Positions 62,830 to 64,000 of a stretch of 64,000 nucleotides of DNA are shown in pieces. The notes under the pieces were generated by a model that did not search any database, was not told the DNA's origin, and was given only the letters and a program-made list of their open reading frames with translations. How positions within the stretch are numbered: the stretch's first letter is position 1; every line of letters starts with the position of its first letter. Made by a program: the position numbers and the translations under genes. The DNA is from Phoronis australis (Eukaryota > Animalia > Phoronida), in NCBI GenBank assembly GCA_002633005.1, contig NMRA01000430.1, positions 275,521-339,520 on the forward strand, in the 5' to 3' direction.

Positions 62830-64000
62830 ATTTTTTGATCCTATTATGGCCAAAAACTGATGTAATTTATGGGTGGTGGGTAAGATAAGAAACTAAAACA
62901 AAAATGCCTTCCCCAAAGACTTTACTGAGCAGCCTAATAGGACTGTGCACAAGGTGAACATTGGTCAACAGGTCAAGGGCTTTCTCAGTATTTGCCCAAA
63001 ATACACATACATCAGCACAAATGAATAAATAGGAAAATACAATGAATAAGCTCATGACACTGAGATTCATTTATGAGCTCTTACATTTGTAAAATCTCTT
63101 AAAAGTGCAACATTTAACAATTACACCACAGGCAGATCAAGAATGCCAGAGGGTTCTTCATAAATGGTTTTATCAACAAGTAATCACTTCCTCCATGTCT
63201 AGGGTGAAGGGACTTTCCCTGGAGGCACGGCCCAGCACCCCTGGATCTACCAACGTCAAGGTCAATACGAGTCGTACAACAACAAGACAAACACAACAAC
63301 GGAGAGTTAGCTTAATTATAATCAATTTGTGCATAATAATTTTTTAGAAAGACATTAAAACGATGTGTCAGAAAATGTAAATTTTGTCAAAAACACAAAT
63401 GCGAAAGTTAAAAACATAAGCTAGTCTTCATTTGTCACTGGGCAACAGTTCTCCTCGTGACAACAGGCAACAAGCCACCAATCACCTGAAACAGAAGTAG
63501 AAACATTTAACAATCATATTCCTTCAACTCATAAGAAAAGCAATTTAAAATATGGCTATGCACTTCGGAACAAATCAAGAATACTGCAACTCATGTAGGG
63601 CATTACCTTTCTCGTAATGCCTAAACCAGAAATCAGAAATGGCCTGATCGACGCAAGTAAATTTACCCCAAATTCTCCTCGTGACGATAGCATGTGATTA
63701 CTGCTTCAAATAAGGAAGAATAAAATGCCATGTGGTTGATACCAAGCAGCTCAGTTTTGGAGGAATGTCCGACTCTGTTATGGCTCTCAAACACTTGTTT
63801 ACTTGCCAATGCTTCAATGATCTGTGTCATGAATAGAACAGATTTGAAACACATCTTGTGTGGCTAAGTAACCAAGGTTATAGTTTGTGTTTCAGGCATT
63901 GAGAATGGAGAATCACACCATTATCTTTGCCACCGATTCCATGTTGATGAAAGTTCAATCTGGAAACCTCCCAGCCAACTGGGGTGTCTTCCGATCCCGC

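Overview
Eukaryotic, AT-rich, transposon-dense DNA, probably from a marine invertebrate draft assembly (one 656-bp N gap and four single Ns). Two host genes are supported. One is an intronless class A GPCR (11363-12580, +). The other is a 15-exon minus-strand gene (53995->23949) that I reconstructed by hand from GT-AG sites with consistent phases. It encodes a ~645-aa protein: signal peptide, a Cys-rich module, an ShKT domain on its own phase 1-1 exon, a second related Cys-rich module, and a hydrophobic GPI-signal-like tail. The rest is mostly mobile DNA: a defective BEL/Pao LTR retrotransposon in an LTR-int-LTR-int tandem arrangement, TTAA-flanked Kolobok-type elements (one with a THAP remnant), a decayed AcademX element, an AcademH-type MITE with a 9-bp TSD, Harbinger-type MITEs and a foldback element. 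There are also two inverted repeats carrying Penelope-type hammerhead-ribozyme-like cores and a ~380-bp near-perfect hairpin built around a tRNA-like Pol III promoter. Two tandem duplications separated by single Ns look like uncollapsed alleles. No prokaryotic system is present. All assignments come from reading motifs by eye, not from database searches.
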